The notes under the pieces were generated by a model. The model was not told the origin of the DNA. It did no database searches and saw nothing but the letters and a program-made list of their open reading frames with translations. Made by a program: the position numbers and the translations under genes. A stretch of DNA of 59,093 nucleotides. It comes from Bacilli bacterium. Lineage in GTDB: Bacteria; Bacillota_I; Bacilli_A; RF39; UBA660. The stretch is from NCBI GenBank assembly GCA_017512495.1, contig JAFWGF010000049.1, forward strand, positions 71,267-130,359. The letters are read 5' to 3'. Of this stretch, positions 28,514 to 38,831 are shown piece by piece (positions within the stretch are counted from its first letter, which is position 1; every line of letters starts with the position of its first letter).

Positions 28514-30670
28514 ATGAATGAAATGATTATTAAGGATATAGTAGAAGAATTAAATATTAGTACTAAACAAGTAGAAGCAGTATTAACTCTTTTAAGCGAA
28601 GATAATACTATACCTTTTATTGCTAGATATAGAAAAGAAGCAACTGGAGGATTAGATGAAGAAGCTATTAAAAAGATAGGTGATGTTTATGCCTATCAAG
28701 AGAGTTTATTAAAAAGAAAAGAAGATGTTATTAGACTTATTGATGAAAAAGGACTTCTTACTGATGAATTAAAAGAAGCTATTTTAAAATGTAATAAATT
28801 AGTAGAAGTAGAAGACTTATATAGACCATATAAAGAAAAGAAAAAAACTAAAGCAACAGAAGCTATTAAAGCAGGATTAGAACCATTAGCTAAAATGATA
28901 ATGTCTTTTCCAACTACTGGTAGTATAGAAGATATGGCTAAGAAGTTTTTTAATGAAACAATTAAGAATACTGATGATGCAATTACAGGGGCTAAGTATA
29001 TTATAGCTGAATGGATAAGTGATAATGCTTCGTATAGGAAATATATAAGAAGTTATTTTTATAAGAATGGAACAATTATTTCTAAAGTAAAGAAAGATGC
29101 TAAAGATGAGAATAAGATATACGAAATGTATTATGACTATAATGAAGCGGTTAAACATATTAAGCCTCATCGTATTCTTGCTTTAAATAGAGGAGAAAAT
29201 GAAAAGGTATTAAATGTAAGTATAGATGTTAATAAAGATGAGATAATTGCTTATTTAAAAAGTAGAATTATTAAAAATGATAAAAGTTTTGTAGCTAAAT
29301 ATGTTGTTGAAGCAATAGAAGATTCTTATAAAAGATTAATTGCTCCTTCAGTAGAAAGGGAAGTAAGAAGTGATTTAACAGAAAAAGCAGAAATTGCTGC
29401 TATAGAGAACTTTGGTAAGAATCTAGAAGCATTACTTTTAACTCCACCAATGAAAGAAAAAATAGTACTTGCTTTTGATCCTGGATATGTTAATGGTTGT
29501 AAGTTGGCTATTATTGATAAGACTGGTAAATATTTAGATAGCATTGTAGTTAAACCATTCTTAAAAGGACAAGAAGAAAAGAATATTAAGATGACTAAAG
29601 AAGTAGTAGCTAATTTAGTTAAAAAATATAATGTTGATATTATTGCTATAGGTAATGGTACTGCTTCTCGTGAATCAGAAAAGCTTTGTAGTGAAATGAT
29701 TAATGAATATAATTTAAATTGTAAATATGTAATAGTAAGTGAAGCAGGAGCATCTATCTATTCAGCATCTAAAGTAGCTATTGAAGAATTCCCTGATTTA
29801 GCTGTTGAAAAAAGAAGTGCTGTAAGTATAGGTAGAAGATTACAAGATCCATTAGCAGAATTAGTAAAGATACCACCAGAAGGTATAGGAGTAGGTTTAT
29901 ACCAACACGATGTAGCTGGTAAGAAATTATCTGATTCATTAGACTTTGTAGTAGAAAAATGTGTTAATAGTGTCGGAGTTAATGTTAATACGGCTAGTCC
30001 ATCTCTACTTAGTTATGTTTCTGGTATTACTAAAGCTGCGATAAAGAAGATAATTGACTATCGTGAGAAACTAGGTAGAATTAGTTCTAGAGAAGAAATA
30101 AAGAAAAAGAAATTATTATCAGATAAAGCTTATGAACAAGCAATAGGATTCTTACGTATAACAGAAGGAAGTAATGTCCTAGATTCTACTGCTATTCATC
30201 CAGAAAGCTATGATATAGCACTAAATCTATTAAAAGATTTAAATATGAATATTAGTGATATAGGTACTAAAGACTTAATAGATAAGCTAGATAATTTAAA
30301 AATAGAAGAATATGCATCTAAATTAAATACTGATATTTATACTTTAGAAGATGTAATTAGTAGTTTAAAGAAGCCTAATTTAGATCCAAGAGATGAATAT
30401 CCACAACCTATATTAAAAAGTAATATTTTAGATATTAAAGATCTTCATGTAGGTGATAAACTACAAGGTACAGTTCGTAATGTAGTAGACTTTGGTTTGT
30501 TTATAGATATTGGATTACATGATGATGGACTTGCACATATTTCAAAATTAAGTAATAATTATGTTAAACATCCTAGTGATTTATATAGTGTAGGAGACAT
30601 AGTAGATTGTTGGGTAGATGATATTTCATTAGAAAAAAACAAAGTAAGTTTAAGTTTAATAGAGAGGTAA
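28514..30670 (+). CDS. tex: Tex-family RNA-binding transcription accessory protein
   Basis: Likely start ATG 28514 (GGAGG RBS); TIPFIARYRKEATG, YqgF-like domain (AFDPG, IGNGTASRES), HhH, C-terminal S1 domain. Confidence 0.95.
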   Translation: MNEMIIKDIVEELNISTKQVEAVLTLLSEDNTIPFIARYRKEATGGLDEEAIKKIGDVYAYQESLLKRKEDVIRLIDEKGLLTDELKEAILKCNKLVEVEDLYRPYKEKKKTKATEAIKAGLEPLAKMIMSFPTTGSIEDMAKKFFNETIKNTDDAITGAKYIIAEWISDNASYRKYIRSYFYKNGTIISKVKKDAKDENKIYEMYYDYNEAVKHIKPHRILALNRGENEKVLNVSIDVNKDEIIAYLKSRIIKNDKSFVAKYVVEAIEDSYKRLIAPSVEREVRSDLTEKAEIAAIENFGKNLEALLLTPPMKEKIVLAFDPGYVNGCKLAIIDKTGKYLDSIVVKPFLKGQEEKNIKMTKEVVANLVKKYNVDIIAIGNGTASRESEKLCSEMINEYNLNCKYVIVSEAGASIYSASKVAIEEFPDLAVEKRSAVSIGRRLQDPLAELVKIPPEGIGVGLYQHDVAGKKLSDSLDFVVEKCVNSVGVNVNTASPSLLSYVSGITKAAIKKIIDYREKLGRISSREEIKKKKLLSDKAYEQAIGFLRITEGSNVLDSTAIHPESYDIALNLLKDLNMNISDIGTKDLIDKLDNLKIEEYASKLNTDIYTLEDVISSLKKPNLDPRDEYPQPILKSNILDIKDLHVGDKLQGTVRNVVDFGLFIDIGLHDDGLAHISKLSNNYVKHPSDLYSVGDIVDCWVDDISLEKNKVSLSLIER

Positions 30671-30671
30671 T

Positions 30672-31196
30672 ATGAGAATACTAATTGTTTCAGATATTCA
30701 TGGTAATTTAGATAATATGAAAAAGGTCATTCAAAATGACCCTTCTTTTGATTGTTTATTACTAGTAGGTGATTTACTAGCAGGACCTAATATAGATGGC
30801 TATGATCCTGAAAGATTAGCCGATTTTTTAAATATTTATAGGGATAAAGTTATTTGTGTAAAAGGTAATTGTGATTATGAGTATGATACTAAATTACTAA
30901 ATTTCAGTGTTGATAAATTATATATAACTCTTCCAATGGATAATAAAATATTTTTAATAACACACGGACATTATTACTATAAAAAGAATTTACCGGAAGT
31001 TCCATATGATGTTTTAATAAGTGGTCACACTCATGTACCTGTCCTAGAAAGAGATAAAGGAAAGGTATTTGTTAATCCTGGAAGTATTACATTACCTAGA
31101 AGAGGTAGTACAAAGTGTTATATTATTTACGAAGATCGAGTTTTTTCACTTAAAGAATTGGATAGTAACAAAGTTATTGAAAGAATATATATTTAA
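30672..31196 (+). CDS. YfcE-type metallophosphodiesterase
   Basis: SDIHG, GD, KGNCD, HGH, SGHTH, NPGS motifs. Confidence 0.9.
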   Translation: MRILIVSDIHGNLDNMKKVIQNDPSFDCLLLVGDLLAGPNIDGYDPERLADFLNIYRDKVICVKGNCDYEYDTKLLNFSVDKLYITLPMDNKIFLITHGHYYYKKNLPEVPYDVLISGHTHVPVLERDKGKVFVNPGSITLPRRGSTKCYIIYEDRVFSLKELDSNKVIERIYI

Positions 31197-31261
31197 GAAA
31201 GTTTATACTTTCTTTTTTTTATTACTATGATAAAATTAATATATAAGAATAGGAGGTAATT

Positions 31262-33193
31262 ATGAAGAATAAAACTAAAGTAGTTTATTTAATAATTATT
31301 ATATTGGTAGTATTAATGTGTAGCATTATGACTTCTAGTAATAGTGAAATTAGAAGTGTTAAAAATGAAAAACAATTAAGTAGATTTTATAATAGATATC
31401 AATATAATGAATTTTCTTTTGTAGAAAAACTATTATTATTACCATTTAGTATTATTGTAAATGATTATAGTGTTAGGTATAATGCATGGAATTCTGTTGA
31501 TTATGTAGAAGAAACAAATGGTAGTATGACAAAAGATGCTGATGCTAGTGGTACTAAAGATTTTTCTAAAACTAATATTCAAGTAGAAGGAGTAGATGAA
31601 GCAGATATTATTAAAACAGATGGTGATTATATTTACTCAATTTCAGATAAAAATGTAGTAATTACTAATGTTAAAAAAACTGATAGTATTAAGATAGAAT
31701 CAAGAGTATCTAATGGTATACCTAATGATTTGATTATTTATAAAGATAAATTAGTAGTGATATCCGCAAAAGAAGAAAGATCTTATTATAAAAATAATAC
31801 TATAGTAAGTATTTATGATACTCAAAATAAGAAGAAACCTAAATTATTAAAAAGTTTTGAATTATATGAACCATATTATACTACTAGATGTATTGATGGT
31901 AAGCTATATGTATTTTCTAAAGGATATTTAAGAAAAGAAAATGAAAAAGTACTTAGAATTTACAAAGAAGATAAAGAAACAAAAACTATTAGTTTTAATA
32001 ATATAAAATATTTAAAAAATAATCATAGTAATATTCAAACTTTAATTGCTGAAGTAGATTTAAATAATTTAAATAAAAAATTAGAATTAAACTCTTATTT
32101 AATAGATATATCTAATGCTTATGTATCAAAGAGAAATATTTATTTGTTAGATCAAAAATATAACTATGATGAACCTGAATTAAGGGATTTGTTTGGTATA
32201 AAAGGTGTATTTGGATTATTTGATAGTGAAGATACTGATTATGGTAGAAATACACATATTTATAAATTTAGAATAAATAATGGAGTTATTTATACAGGTA
32301 AAACTAAATTGGAAGGATCAACAATTAATCAATATTCACTAGATGAAAAAGATGATAATTTACGAGTAGCACTTGAAGGTAAGGATGGTACTAGAATAGT
32401 TGTTTTAAATAGTGATTTAGTAGAAATTGGAAAGACTGAAAGTGTAGCAAAAGGTGAAAAAATGTACTCTTCTAGATTTATGGGAGATAAAGCTTATTTA
32501 GTTACTTATCAAAATACCGATCCATTATTTGTAATTGATTTAAGTAAACCTGAAAATCCTAAAGTAATGGGTGAATTAAAAATTCCAGGATATAGTACAT
32601 ATTTACATCCATATGATGATACACATTTGATTGGTATTGGAATGGAAACAGAAGAGAAAACATTTAGAGATGCAATGGGAAGAGTAACTAGTACTACTGC
32701 TGTAGTAACTGGTATGAAAATGAGTTTATTTGATGTTAGTGATATTAAAAATCCAAAACAACTATCTAAGACAAAAATAGGAGATAGTAGAACAGTATCA
32801 GCTATTTTAACTAATCCAAAAGCATTGCTATTCTCAAAAGAGAAAAACTTATTAGCAATCCCAGTTAATAATTATGCTGAAGATTTTACATCAGATATTA
32901 GTGGAGAATATGAGGAAGAAATAAATAATTTCACTAGTAGAAGTGAAAATTATATTTCTGAAGGATACTTTGTTTATAATGTTAATCTGAAAGATGGATT
33001 TAACTTAAAAGGTGTAATTAATCATAATAAGAGTATTAGTGATTATTATTACTATTATTATAATGACTCTAGATTACTCAGAGGATTATATATAGATAAT
33101 AATTTATATACTGTATCAGAAGATGCAGTCAAAGTACATAAATTAGATAATTTAGAACAAGTTACAGAATTAAAATTGAAAGGAGAAGAATAA
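31262..33193 (+). CDS. Secreted beta-propeller domain protein (Beta_propel/PF09826-like)
   Basis: TNIQVEGVDEADIIKTDG, GEKMYSSRFMGD, DPLFVIDLS, GELKIPGYSTYLHPY motifs. Confidence 0.88.
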   Translation: MKNKTKVVYLIIIILVVLMCSIMTSSNSEIRSVKNEKQLSRFYNRYQYNEFSFVEKLLLLPFSIIVNDYSVRYNAWNSVDYVEETNGSMTKDADASGTKDFSKTNIQVEGVDEADIIKTDGDYIYSISDKNVVITNVKKTDSIKIESRVSNGIPNDLIIYKDKLVVISAKEERSYYKNNTIVSIYDTQNKKKPKLLKSFELYEPYYTTRCIDGKLYVFSKGYLRKENEKVLRIYKEDKETKTISFNNIKYLKNNHSNIQTLIAEVDLNNLNKKLELNSYLIDISNAYVSKRNIYLLDQKYNYDEPELRDLFGIKGVFGLFDSEDTDYGRNTHIYKFRINNGVIYTGKTKLEGSTINQYSLDEKDDNLRVALEGKDGTRIVVLNSDLVEIGKTESVAKGEKMYSSRFMGDKAYLVTYQNTDPLFVIDLSKPENPKVMGELKIPGYSTYLHPYDDTHLIGIGMETEEKTFRDAMGRVTSTTAVVTGMKMSLFDVSDIKNPKQLSKTKIGDSRTVSAILTNPKALLFSKEKNLLAIPVNNYAEDFTSDISGEYEEEINNFTSRSENYISEGYFVYNVNLKDGFNLKGVINHNKSISDYYYYYYNDSRLLRGLYIDNNLYTVSEDAVKVHKLDNLEQVTELKLKGEE

Positions 33194-33194
33194 A

Positions 33195-33458
33195 ATGAAA
33201 GATAAAAATGGAAATAGAATGGTAATGCATATAGTATCATTAGTATTAGGAATTATTTCAATTTTAACAGCACTTTTCTGGTATATGTCAATACCTACAG
33301 GAATAGTAGCTACTGTGTTTGGAGTTAAGTCATATAAACAGACAGGAAGCAAACTAGGATTAGCTGGAATGATTACAGGTATTGTTGGATTAGCTTTAAC
33401 AGTATTTATTTACATATTACTTGTAATTATACTTATATTACAAAATGGAGGATTTTAA
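33195..33458 (+). CDS. Small membrane protein (DUF4190-like)
   Basis: SLVLGIISIL ... LAGMITGIVG two-helix pattern. Confidence 0.65.
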   Translation: MKDKNGNRMVMHIVSLVLGIISILTALFWYMSIPTGIVATVFGVKSYKQTGSKLGLAGMITGIVGLALTVFIYILLVIILILQNGGF

Positions 33459-33490
33459 AAAAGTACTTAGTTAACTAAGTACTTTTTTAA
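33455..33490. terminator. Bidirectional terminator, perfect 36-bp palindrome
   Basis: TTAAAAAAGTACTTAGTTAACTAAGTACTTTTTTAA between convergent genes; contains both stop codons. Confidence 0.85.
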
Positions 33491-34822
33491 TGTCTTCTCA
33501 GTTTCTTTTACTTTGTTTTTTTCTTTTAAAAATTCTAGTGCTTTTCTTTGCTCTTCATAAAGACAATTATCTTTTATATTATTCTCATAATCATCAATTA
33601 TATCTTTTATATCAGAATTGTCGTTCTCAAAATCTGAAAAGAACTTCTTATAAATAATTTGTAATTCACCATTTTGGTAAAAACAAATAATATTCATATT
33701 GTCAATATTTATACGAGTGGAAATAATATCAAAATAGTTTCTATATGGTTCTGGTATTTTATCTAGTATATTGTCTAAACCATATTCTATAGTGCATGAT
33801 AAAGATGAATCCAGATGGGATAAAACATCTTTATAATTATCAGTGCTGATTCTTTCGAAATAGTCCTTAATTCGTTCATAATTATAAACTCTTTCAATTT
33901 TACTATCCTTGATAATATATATTTTAGAATTATGATCAGGATAAATTCTTTTTAAATAATTATTATTTCTAAGTATTACACACTTGTCATACATTGTACT
34001 TTCAAATTGTAAAGTATTCATAATTTCATAAAGTAAATCTGAATCTAAATCATAATTAGTTTCTAAATTGCCATATCTAGCTTCAGGAAAAGCGTTATTA
34101 ATATTAGCTATTTCTAATATTTTTAAAAGAGCTTCAAATTTTGGAATTCCTTCATAAAGATTAATATATTTTTCATAGATATTTTCGCAGAAACTATATT
34201 TAAATGGTTCTTCTAAAAAAGTGTCAAAAGAACGTATATTGCTTAAGAAATCATCAATGTCAGATAATATTTCTAATCGTTCATTTTCTACATAATCATC
34301 ACTAAAGAATTCTTCATCTGGAATTTTTCGAAGTTCTTCTGTTATATCATTTAATTCACGTTCAACTGAATCTTTTATTTTTTCATAGTTATCCGCTATT
34401 TGTTTAAGAATTTTGGATATATTATGGCTACTACTACTAATAGTATTTGCTTTTAGAGTTTTAATCAATTCTTTCTTTTTATCATTTTCAATAGATAAAT
34501 TATTTATAGTTTCTTTAGTATTTCCAATTAATAAGTTATATTTTTCTTCTTCATTAAGACTATGAAGAATCGGCCTAATTGGTTCATATTCATCTAGGGT
34601 TTCATAAATAGTATCTAATACTGGAAGTAGCATTCCTTTTAAATAATATTCACAAATTAATCCATGCATTGAAGAATTGAGTATTCTTATATTGTCATAA
34701 TCTTTAAGATTGATACATAAGGCACTTACTGTATCTGTCTCGTGGGGAATATCTGCAAACTTTGAATATAAGTAGTCTGCGCGGTCAAAAAATTCTCTTG
34801 ATTTTTCTTTATAGATATCCAT
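33467..34822 (-). CDS. Hypothetical helical protein, no recognised family
   Basis: Long ORF (~451 aa from ATG 34822) with GGTGA RBS and TGGTATAAT extended -10 upstream. Confidence 0.75.
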   Translation of the reverse strand: MDIYKEKSREFFDRADYLYSKFADIPHETDTVSALCINLKDYDNIRILNSSMHGLICEYYLKGMLLPVLDTIYETLDEYEPIRPILHSLNEEEKYNLLIGNTKETINNLSIENDKKKELIKTLKANTISSSSHNISKILKQIADNYEKIKDSVERELNDITEELRKIPDEEFFSDDYVENERLEILSDIDDFLSNIRSFDTFLEEPFKYSFCENIYEKYINLYEGIPKFEALLKILEIANINNAFPEARYGNLETNYDLDSDLLYEIMNTLQFESTMYDKCVILRNNNYLKRIYPDHNSKIYIIKDSKIERVYNYERIKDYFERISTDNYKDVLSHLDSSLSCTIEYGLDNILDKIPEPYRNYFDIISTRINIDNMNIICFYQNGELQIIYKKFFSDFENDNSDIKDIIDDYENNIKDNCLYEEQRKALEFLKEKNKVKETEKTLKKYLVN

Positions 34823-34859
34823 AGAAATCACCGGTTGTTATTATACCATAATAGTAGTA

Positions 34860-35489
34860 TTAATACAATAAAGTTATCTTTCTACCATTAGTTTTAATAA
34901 AACCCTCTTCTTTTAAATAACCTATTTCTCTAGTCATAGAGCATCTATCTACTGAAAGATAAGCAGCTAATTCAGTAAAGGTAATATTCATAATAAATGT
35001 TTTACTACCCTTGATGGTAGATTGTTGCTTAAAATATCCTAATATTTTGTCTCTAGTAGTTCTTTGAGTAAGTAATTCTATTCTTTGATTACATATGTTT
35101 AATTGATCACTTAATAATCTGATAAGATTTTTTATAAAGATAATGTAAAAGTCACTTTTAATAATCTCATCATTAGTAATTTGATTATATTCAATATAAG
35201 TAATTTTAGTTTCTTCTTTAGTTATGCATGTTATTTCATCAGTATTAAGTGAATAAGTTAAAGAACCAAATATTTCTCCAGTGTTAAGTTCTTCAATAAT
35301 AGTTTTATTACCATCATAATCATTAAATATTATTTGAAGACTGCCACTATCAATAATAGCTATATAATCATCTCTAGTTCTGTTAGATAAGATATTAATA
35401 TTCTTACGATATGTAACAGTATTAGACTTTAATACTTGCATTAATTTTTTTATTTCTTTTTCACGCATATTAGCAAACAGATTAGTCAC
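34860..35489 (-). CDS. Crp/Fnr-family transcriptional regulator
   Basis: cNMP-binding-like barrel (GEIFG), TTRDKIL, C-terminal HTH ELAAYLSVDRCSMTRE; no FNR Cys cluster. Confidence 0.92.
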   Translation of the reverse strand: MTNLFANMREKEIKKLMQVLKSNTVTYRKNINILSNRTRDDYIAIIDSGSLQIIFNDYDGNKTIIEELNTGEIFGSLTYSLNTDEITCITKEETKITYIEYNQITNDEIIKSDFYIIFIKNLIRLLSDQLNICNQRIELLTQRTTRDKILGYFKQQSTIKGSKTFIMNITFTELAAYLSVDRCSMTREIGYLKEEGFIKTNGRKITLLY

Positions 35490-35529
35490 TTTACATCACC
35501 CTAAAATAATTATAGCAAATTATGTAAAG

Positions 35530-35545
35530 TGTTGCAAATGCAACA
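35530..35545. promoter_or_regulatory. Palindromic operator TGTTGC-N4-GCAACA (candidate Crp/Fnr site)
   Basis: TGTTGCAAATGCAACA in the divergent crp/nrdD intergenic region. Confidence 0.6.
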
Positions 35546-35605
35546 ATAATATTTTTAAAACTAAGATATAATAGAATTGTAATTTAAGATAGGGAGAATT
35601 AGATT

Positions 35606-37795
35606 ATGAAAGTAATAAAAAGAGATGGACATATGGTCGATTGGTGTCCAGCTAAGATTGAGGAGGCTATTGGTAAGGCGAATTTAGAAGTAGAAGAAGA
35701 GGAGAGAGCTTCTTCTGTTCAAATTAAAAATATTGTTAAGTATATTGAAAGCTTAGGTAAGAAAAGAATATTGGTCGAAGATATTCAAGATATTATCGAA
35801 ATGAAACTTATGGCAATAGGTAAGTATTCGTTGGCTAAAAAGTATATTACTTATCGCTATACTCGTGAATTAGTTCGTCGTAGTAATACTACTGATCAAT
35901 CTATTAAAGAATTAATCGATGGTGAAAATGAATATTGGAATACAGAAAATTCTAATAAAAATGCTAGAGTAGTTACTACTCAAAGAGATTATTTGGCAGG
36001 AATAACTAGTACAGATATTACTAGAAGATTTTTATTGCCTGAAGATATTGTTCAAGCTCATGACGATGGAATAATTCATTTCCATGATGCTGACTATTTT
36101 GCACAAAATGTATTACATAATTGTGACTTAATAAACTTGGATGATATGTTACAAAATGGTACTAATATGAATGGGGTAATGATTGAAAAACCACATAAGT
36201 TTTTGACTGCTATGACAATTGCGACTCAGTTGATTACTGCAGTTACTTCAAGTCAATATGGAGGAGCTACTATTACTCTTACACATCTAGCACCATTTGT
36301 TAGAGAAAGTAAGAAGAGATTAGAAAAGAAATATAAAGCTAGAAAACTTACTAAAGCACAAACAGAAAAGTTTGTTATGGAAGATTTAAAAAAAGAAATA
36401 GTTGATGGAGTTCAAACATTCCAATATCAAATTAATTCTATGACTAATACTAATGGTCAAGCACCTTTCTTAAGTGTATGTATGTATGTTGGAGAAGATC
36501 CAGAATATAAAGAAGAAGTTGCGATGATCATTGAAGAGTTCTTAAATCAAAGAATAGAGGGAATGAAGAATGAAAAAGGTGTTTATATAACGCCAGCTTT
36601 TCCTAAACTTTTATATGTATTAGAAGAAGAAAATATAAAACCTGATAGTAAGTATTATTACTTAACTAAATTAGCTGCAAAATGTACTGCAAAAAGAATG
36701 GTACCTGATTATATTTCTGAGAAAGTAATGAAAGAATTAAAGAAAAATGAATTTGGAGAAGGAGAATGTTATCCTTGTATGGGATGTAGAAGTTTCTTAA
36801 CTCCTGATAGAAGTATTTCTTTAGGTAATATAGCTAAAGCTAAGAACTATAAAGAAGGTAAAGGTAAATACTATGGTAGATTTAATCAAGGAGTAGTTAC
36901 TATTAACCTTGTTGATGTAGCTTTAACTAGTGATAAAGATTTTGAATTGTTCTGGAAAATAATGGATGAAAGACTAGAACTATGTCATAGAGCATTAAAA
37001 ATACGTCATAAGAGACTTTCTAAAGCTACTTCTGATGTAGCTCCTATTCTATGGCAACATGGAGCACTTGCTCGTTTAGAGAAAGGTGAATCTATTCATG
37101 AATTGTTACATCATGGATATTCAACTATATCTTTAGGATATGCAGGATTATATGAATGTGTTAAATTTATGACTGGTCACTCTCATACTGATAATGGTGC
37201 TGGTAAAGAATTTGGACTACAAGTAATGGAATATTTAAATGATGCTTGTAAAAGATGGAAAGCAGAAGAAGATATAGATTATTCAGTATATGGTACTCCT
37301 ATAGAATCTACTACTTATAAGTTTGCTAAATGTTTAAAAGAAAGATTTGGAGTAATTAAAGGTATTACTGATAGAGATTATATTACTAATAGTTATCATG
37401 TACCTGTATTTGAAGAAATAGATGCATTTACTAAATTAAAATTAGAAAGTGAATTCCAAAGACTTAGTCCAGGAGGAGCTATTTCTTATATTGAAACAGC
37501 TAACCTTCAAGGTAATTTAGATTCAGTAATGGAAGTAATTAAATTTATCTATGATAATATTATGTATGCAGAACTTAATACTAAGTCTGATTATTGCCAA
37601 GAATGTGGTTATGATGGAGAAATATTAATTGATGATGATCTAGAATGGTATTGTCCTAATTGTGGTAATAGAGATCATGCTAAATTAAATGTAGCTAGAA
37701 GAACTTGTGGATATATTGGAGCTAATTTCTGGAATAAGGGAAGAACTCAAGAGATTAAAGAGAGAGTTATTCACTTAGATAATAAGGATCTATAA
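35606..37795 (+). CDS. nrdD: Anaerobic (class III) ribonucleoside-triphosphate reductase
   Basis: ATP cone, MGCRS, RFNQGVVTINL, CQECG/CPNCG zinc site, RRTCGY glycyl-radical loop. Confidence 0.97.
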   Translation: MKVIKRDGHMVDWCPAKIEEAIGKANLEVEEEERASSVQIKNIVKYIESLGKKRILVEDIQDIIEMKLMAIGKYSLAKKYITYRYTRELVRRSNTTDQSIKELIDGENEYWNTENSNKNARVVTTQRDYLAGITSTDITRRFLLPEDIVQAHDDGIIHFHDADYFAQNVLHNCDLINLDDMLQNGTNMNGVMIEKPHKFLTAMTIATQLITAVTSSQYGGATITLTHLAPFVRESKKRLEKKYKARKLTKAQTEKFVMEDLKKEIVDGVQTFQYQINSMTNTNGQAPFLSVCMYVGEDPEYKEEVAMIIEEFLNQRIEGMKNEKGVYITPAFPKLLYVLEEENIKPDSKYYYLTKLAAKCTAKRMVPDYISEKVMKELKKNEFGEGECYPCMGCRSFLTPDRSISLGNIAKAKNYKEGKGKYYGRFNQGVVTINLVDVALTSDKDFELFWKIMDERLELCHRALKIRHKRLSKATSDVAPILWQHGALARLEKGESIHELLHHGYSTISLGYAGLYECVKFMTGHSHTDNGAGKEFGLQVMEYLNDACKRWKAEEDIDYSVYGTPIESTTYKFAKCLKERFGVIKGITDRDYITNSYHVPVFEEIDAFTKLKLESEFQRLSPGGAISYIETANLQGNLDSVMEVIKFIYDNIMYAELNTKSDYCQECGYDGEILIDDDLEWYCPNCGNRDHAKLNVARRTCGYIGANFWNKGRTQEIKERVIHLDNKDL

Positions 37796-38289
37796 TGAGA
37801 TATAATAAGATTCGTAAAATGGATATAGCTAATGGTCCGGGTGTTAGAATATCGATCTTTTTCCAAGGTTGTGCTTTTCACTGTAAGAACTGTTTTAATC
37901 CTGAAACATGGGATTTTGATAGTGGAAAAGAATTTACTGATGAAGAGATTAATACAATTATCGAATTAGCTAAACCAGACCATATAGTTGGATTATCTAT
38001 ATTAGGTGGAGAACCAATGCATCCAAAGAATATTGAAGCTACTACTAAATTAGCTAAAAGATTTAAAGAGGCTTATCCTAATAAAACTATTTGGAGTTGG
38101 AGTGGATTTCTCTTTGATGAATATTTAAAAGATAAAGAAGTAGTTAAATATATTGATGTCTTAATAGATGGACAATACAAAGATGAATTACATGATCCAA
38201 CACTTAAATGGAAAGGATCAGCTAATCAAAGAGTAATTGATGTTCAAGAATCATTAAAAAAAGGAGAAGTAATTTTATATGAAGACTAG
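37795..38289 (+). CDS. nrdG: Class III RNR activating enzyme
   Basis: NGPGVRISIFFQGCAFHCKNC radical-SAM motif, GGEP, GSANQRVID. Confidence 0.97.
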   Translation: MRYNKIRKMDIANGPGVRISIFFQGCAFHCKNCFNPETWDFDSGKEFTDEEINTIIELAKPDHIVGLSILGGEPMHPKNIEATTKLAKRFKEAYPNKTIWSWSGFLFDEYLKDKEVVKYIDVLIDGQYKDELHDPTLKWKGSANQRVIDVQESLKKGEVILYED

Positions 38290-38737
38290 AGGATTTGAAA
38301 TAGCAAAAGGTTTTGAAGATAAAGAGATAAATTTACCAGTAAGAAAAACTAAATATTCAGCAGGATATGACATAGAATGTGCAGAAGATACTGTTGTTCC
38401 TAGTTTTAAGAAAGGAATGAATCCTACTTTAATACCTACAGGATTAAAAGCTTATATGGAAGATGATGAAGTATTATATTTATATAATAGAAGTTCTAAT
38501 CCTAAGAAAAAAGGTCTTATTCTAGCTAACAGTGTTGGTGTAGTAGATAAAGATTATTATGGTAATTCTGATAATGATGGTCATATTATGTTTGCTTTCT
38601 TCAATATTAAAGATGAAGATATAACTATTAAAAAAGGTGAAGCTATTGGACAAGCAATTTTTTCTAAATACTTAATAACAGATGATGATGTAGCTAGTGG
38701 AGAAAGACAAGGTGGATTTGGTTCTACTGATAAATAA
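38279..38737 (+). CDS. dut: dUTP diphosphatase
   Basis: AGYD, RSS, GVVDKDY, RQGGFGST motifs. Confidence 0.95.
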   Translation: MKTRGFEIAKGFEDKEINLPVRKTKYSAGYDIECAEDTVVPSFKKGMNPTLIPTGLKAYMEDDEVLYLYNRSSNPKKKGLILANSVGVVDKDYYGNSDNDGHIMFAFFNIKDEDITIKKGEAIGQAIFSKYLITDDDVASGERQGGFGSTDK

Positions 38738-38773
38738 TTTGTCGAATACTTTTTTTGAGAGGTTTTGTCGAAT
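38738..38773 (+). promoter_or_regulatory. Tandem Spo0A boxes
   Basis: TTTGTCGAAT at 38738-38747 and 38764-38773, each containing the consensus TGNCGAA, upstream of the SigF-like gene. Confidence 0.7.
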
Positions 38774-38831
38774 GACTAGCTTCTCTTTTTTATTTGTTTT
38801 ATAGTTGTTTCAGAAAGGAGGATAGAGACTA

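Noticed and set aside
35546-35605. NrdR box upstream of nrdD
   Set aside because: The best candidates (e.g. ACTAAGATATAATAG) fit acaCwAtATaTwGtg poorly and coincide with a -10 element.
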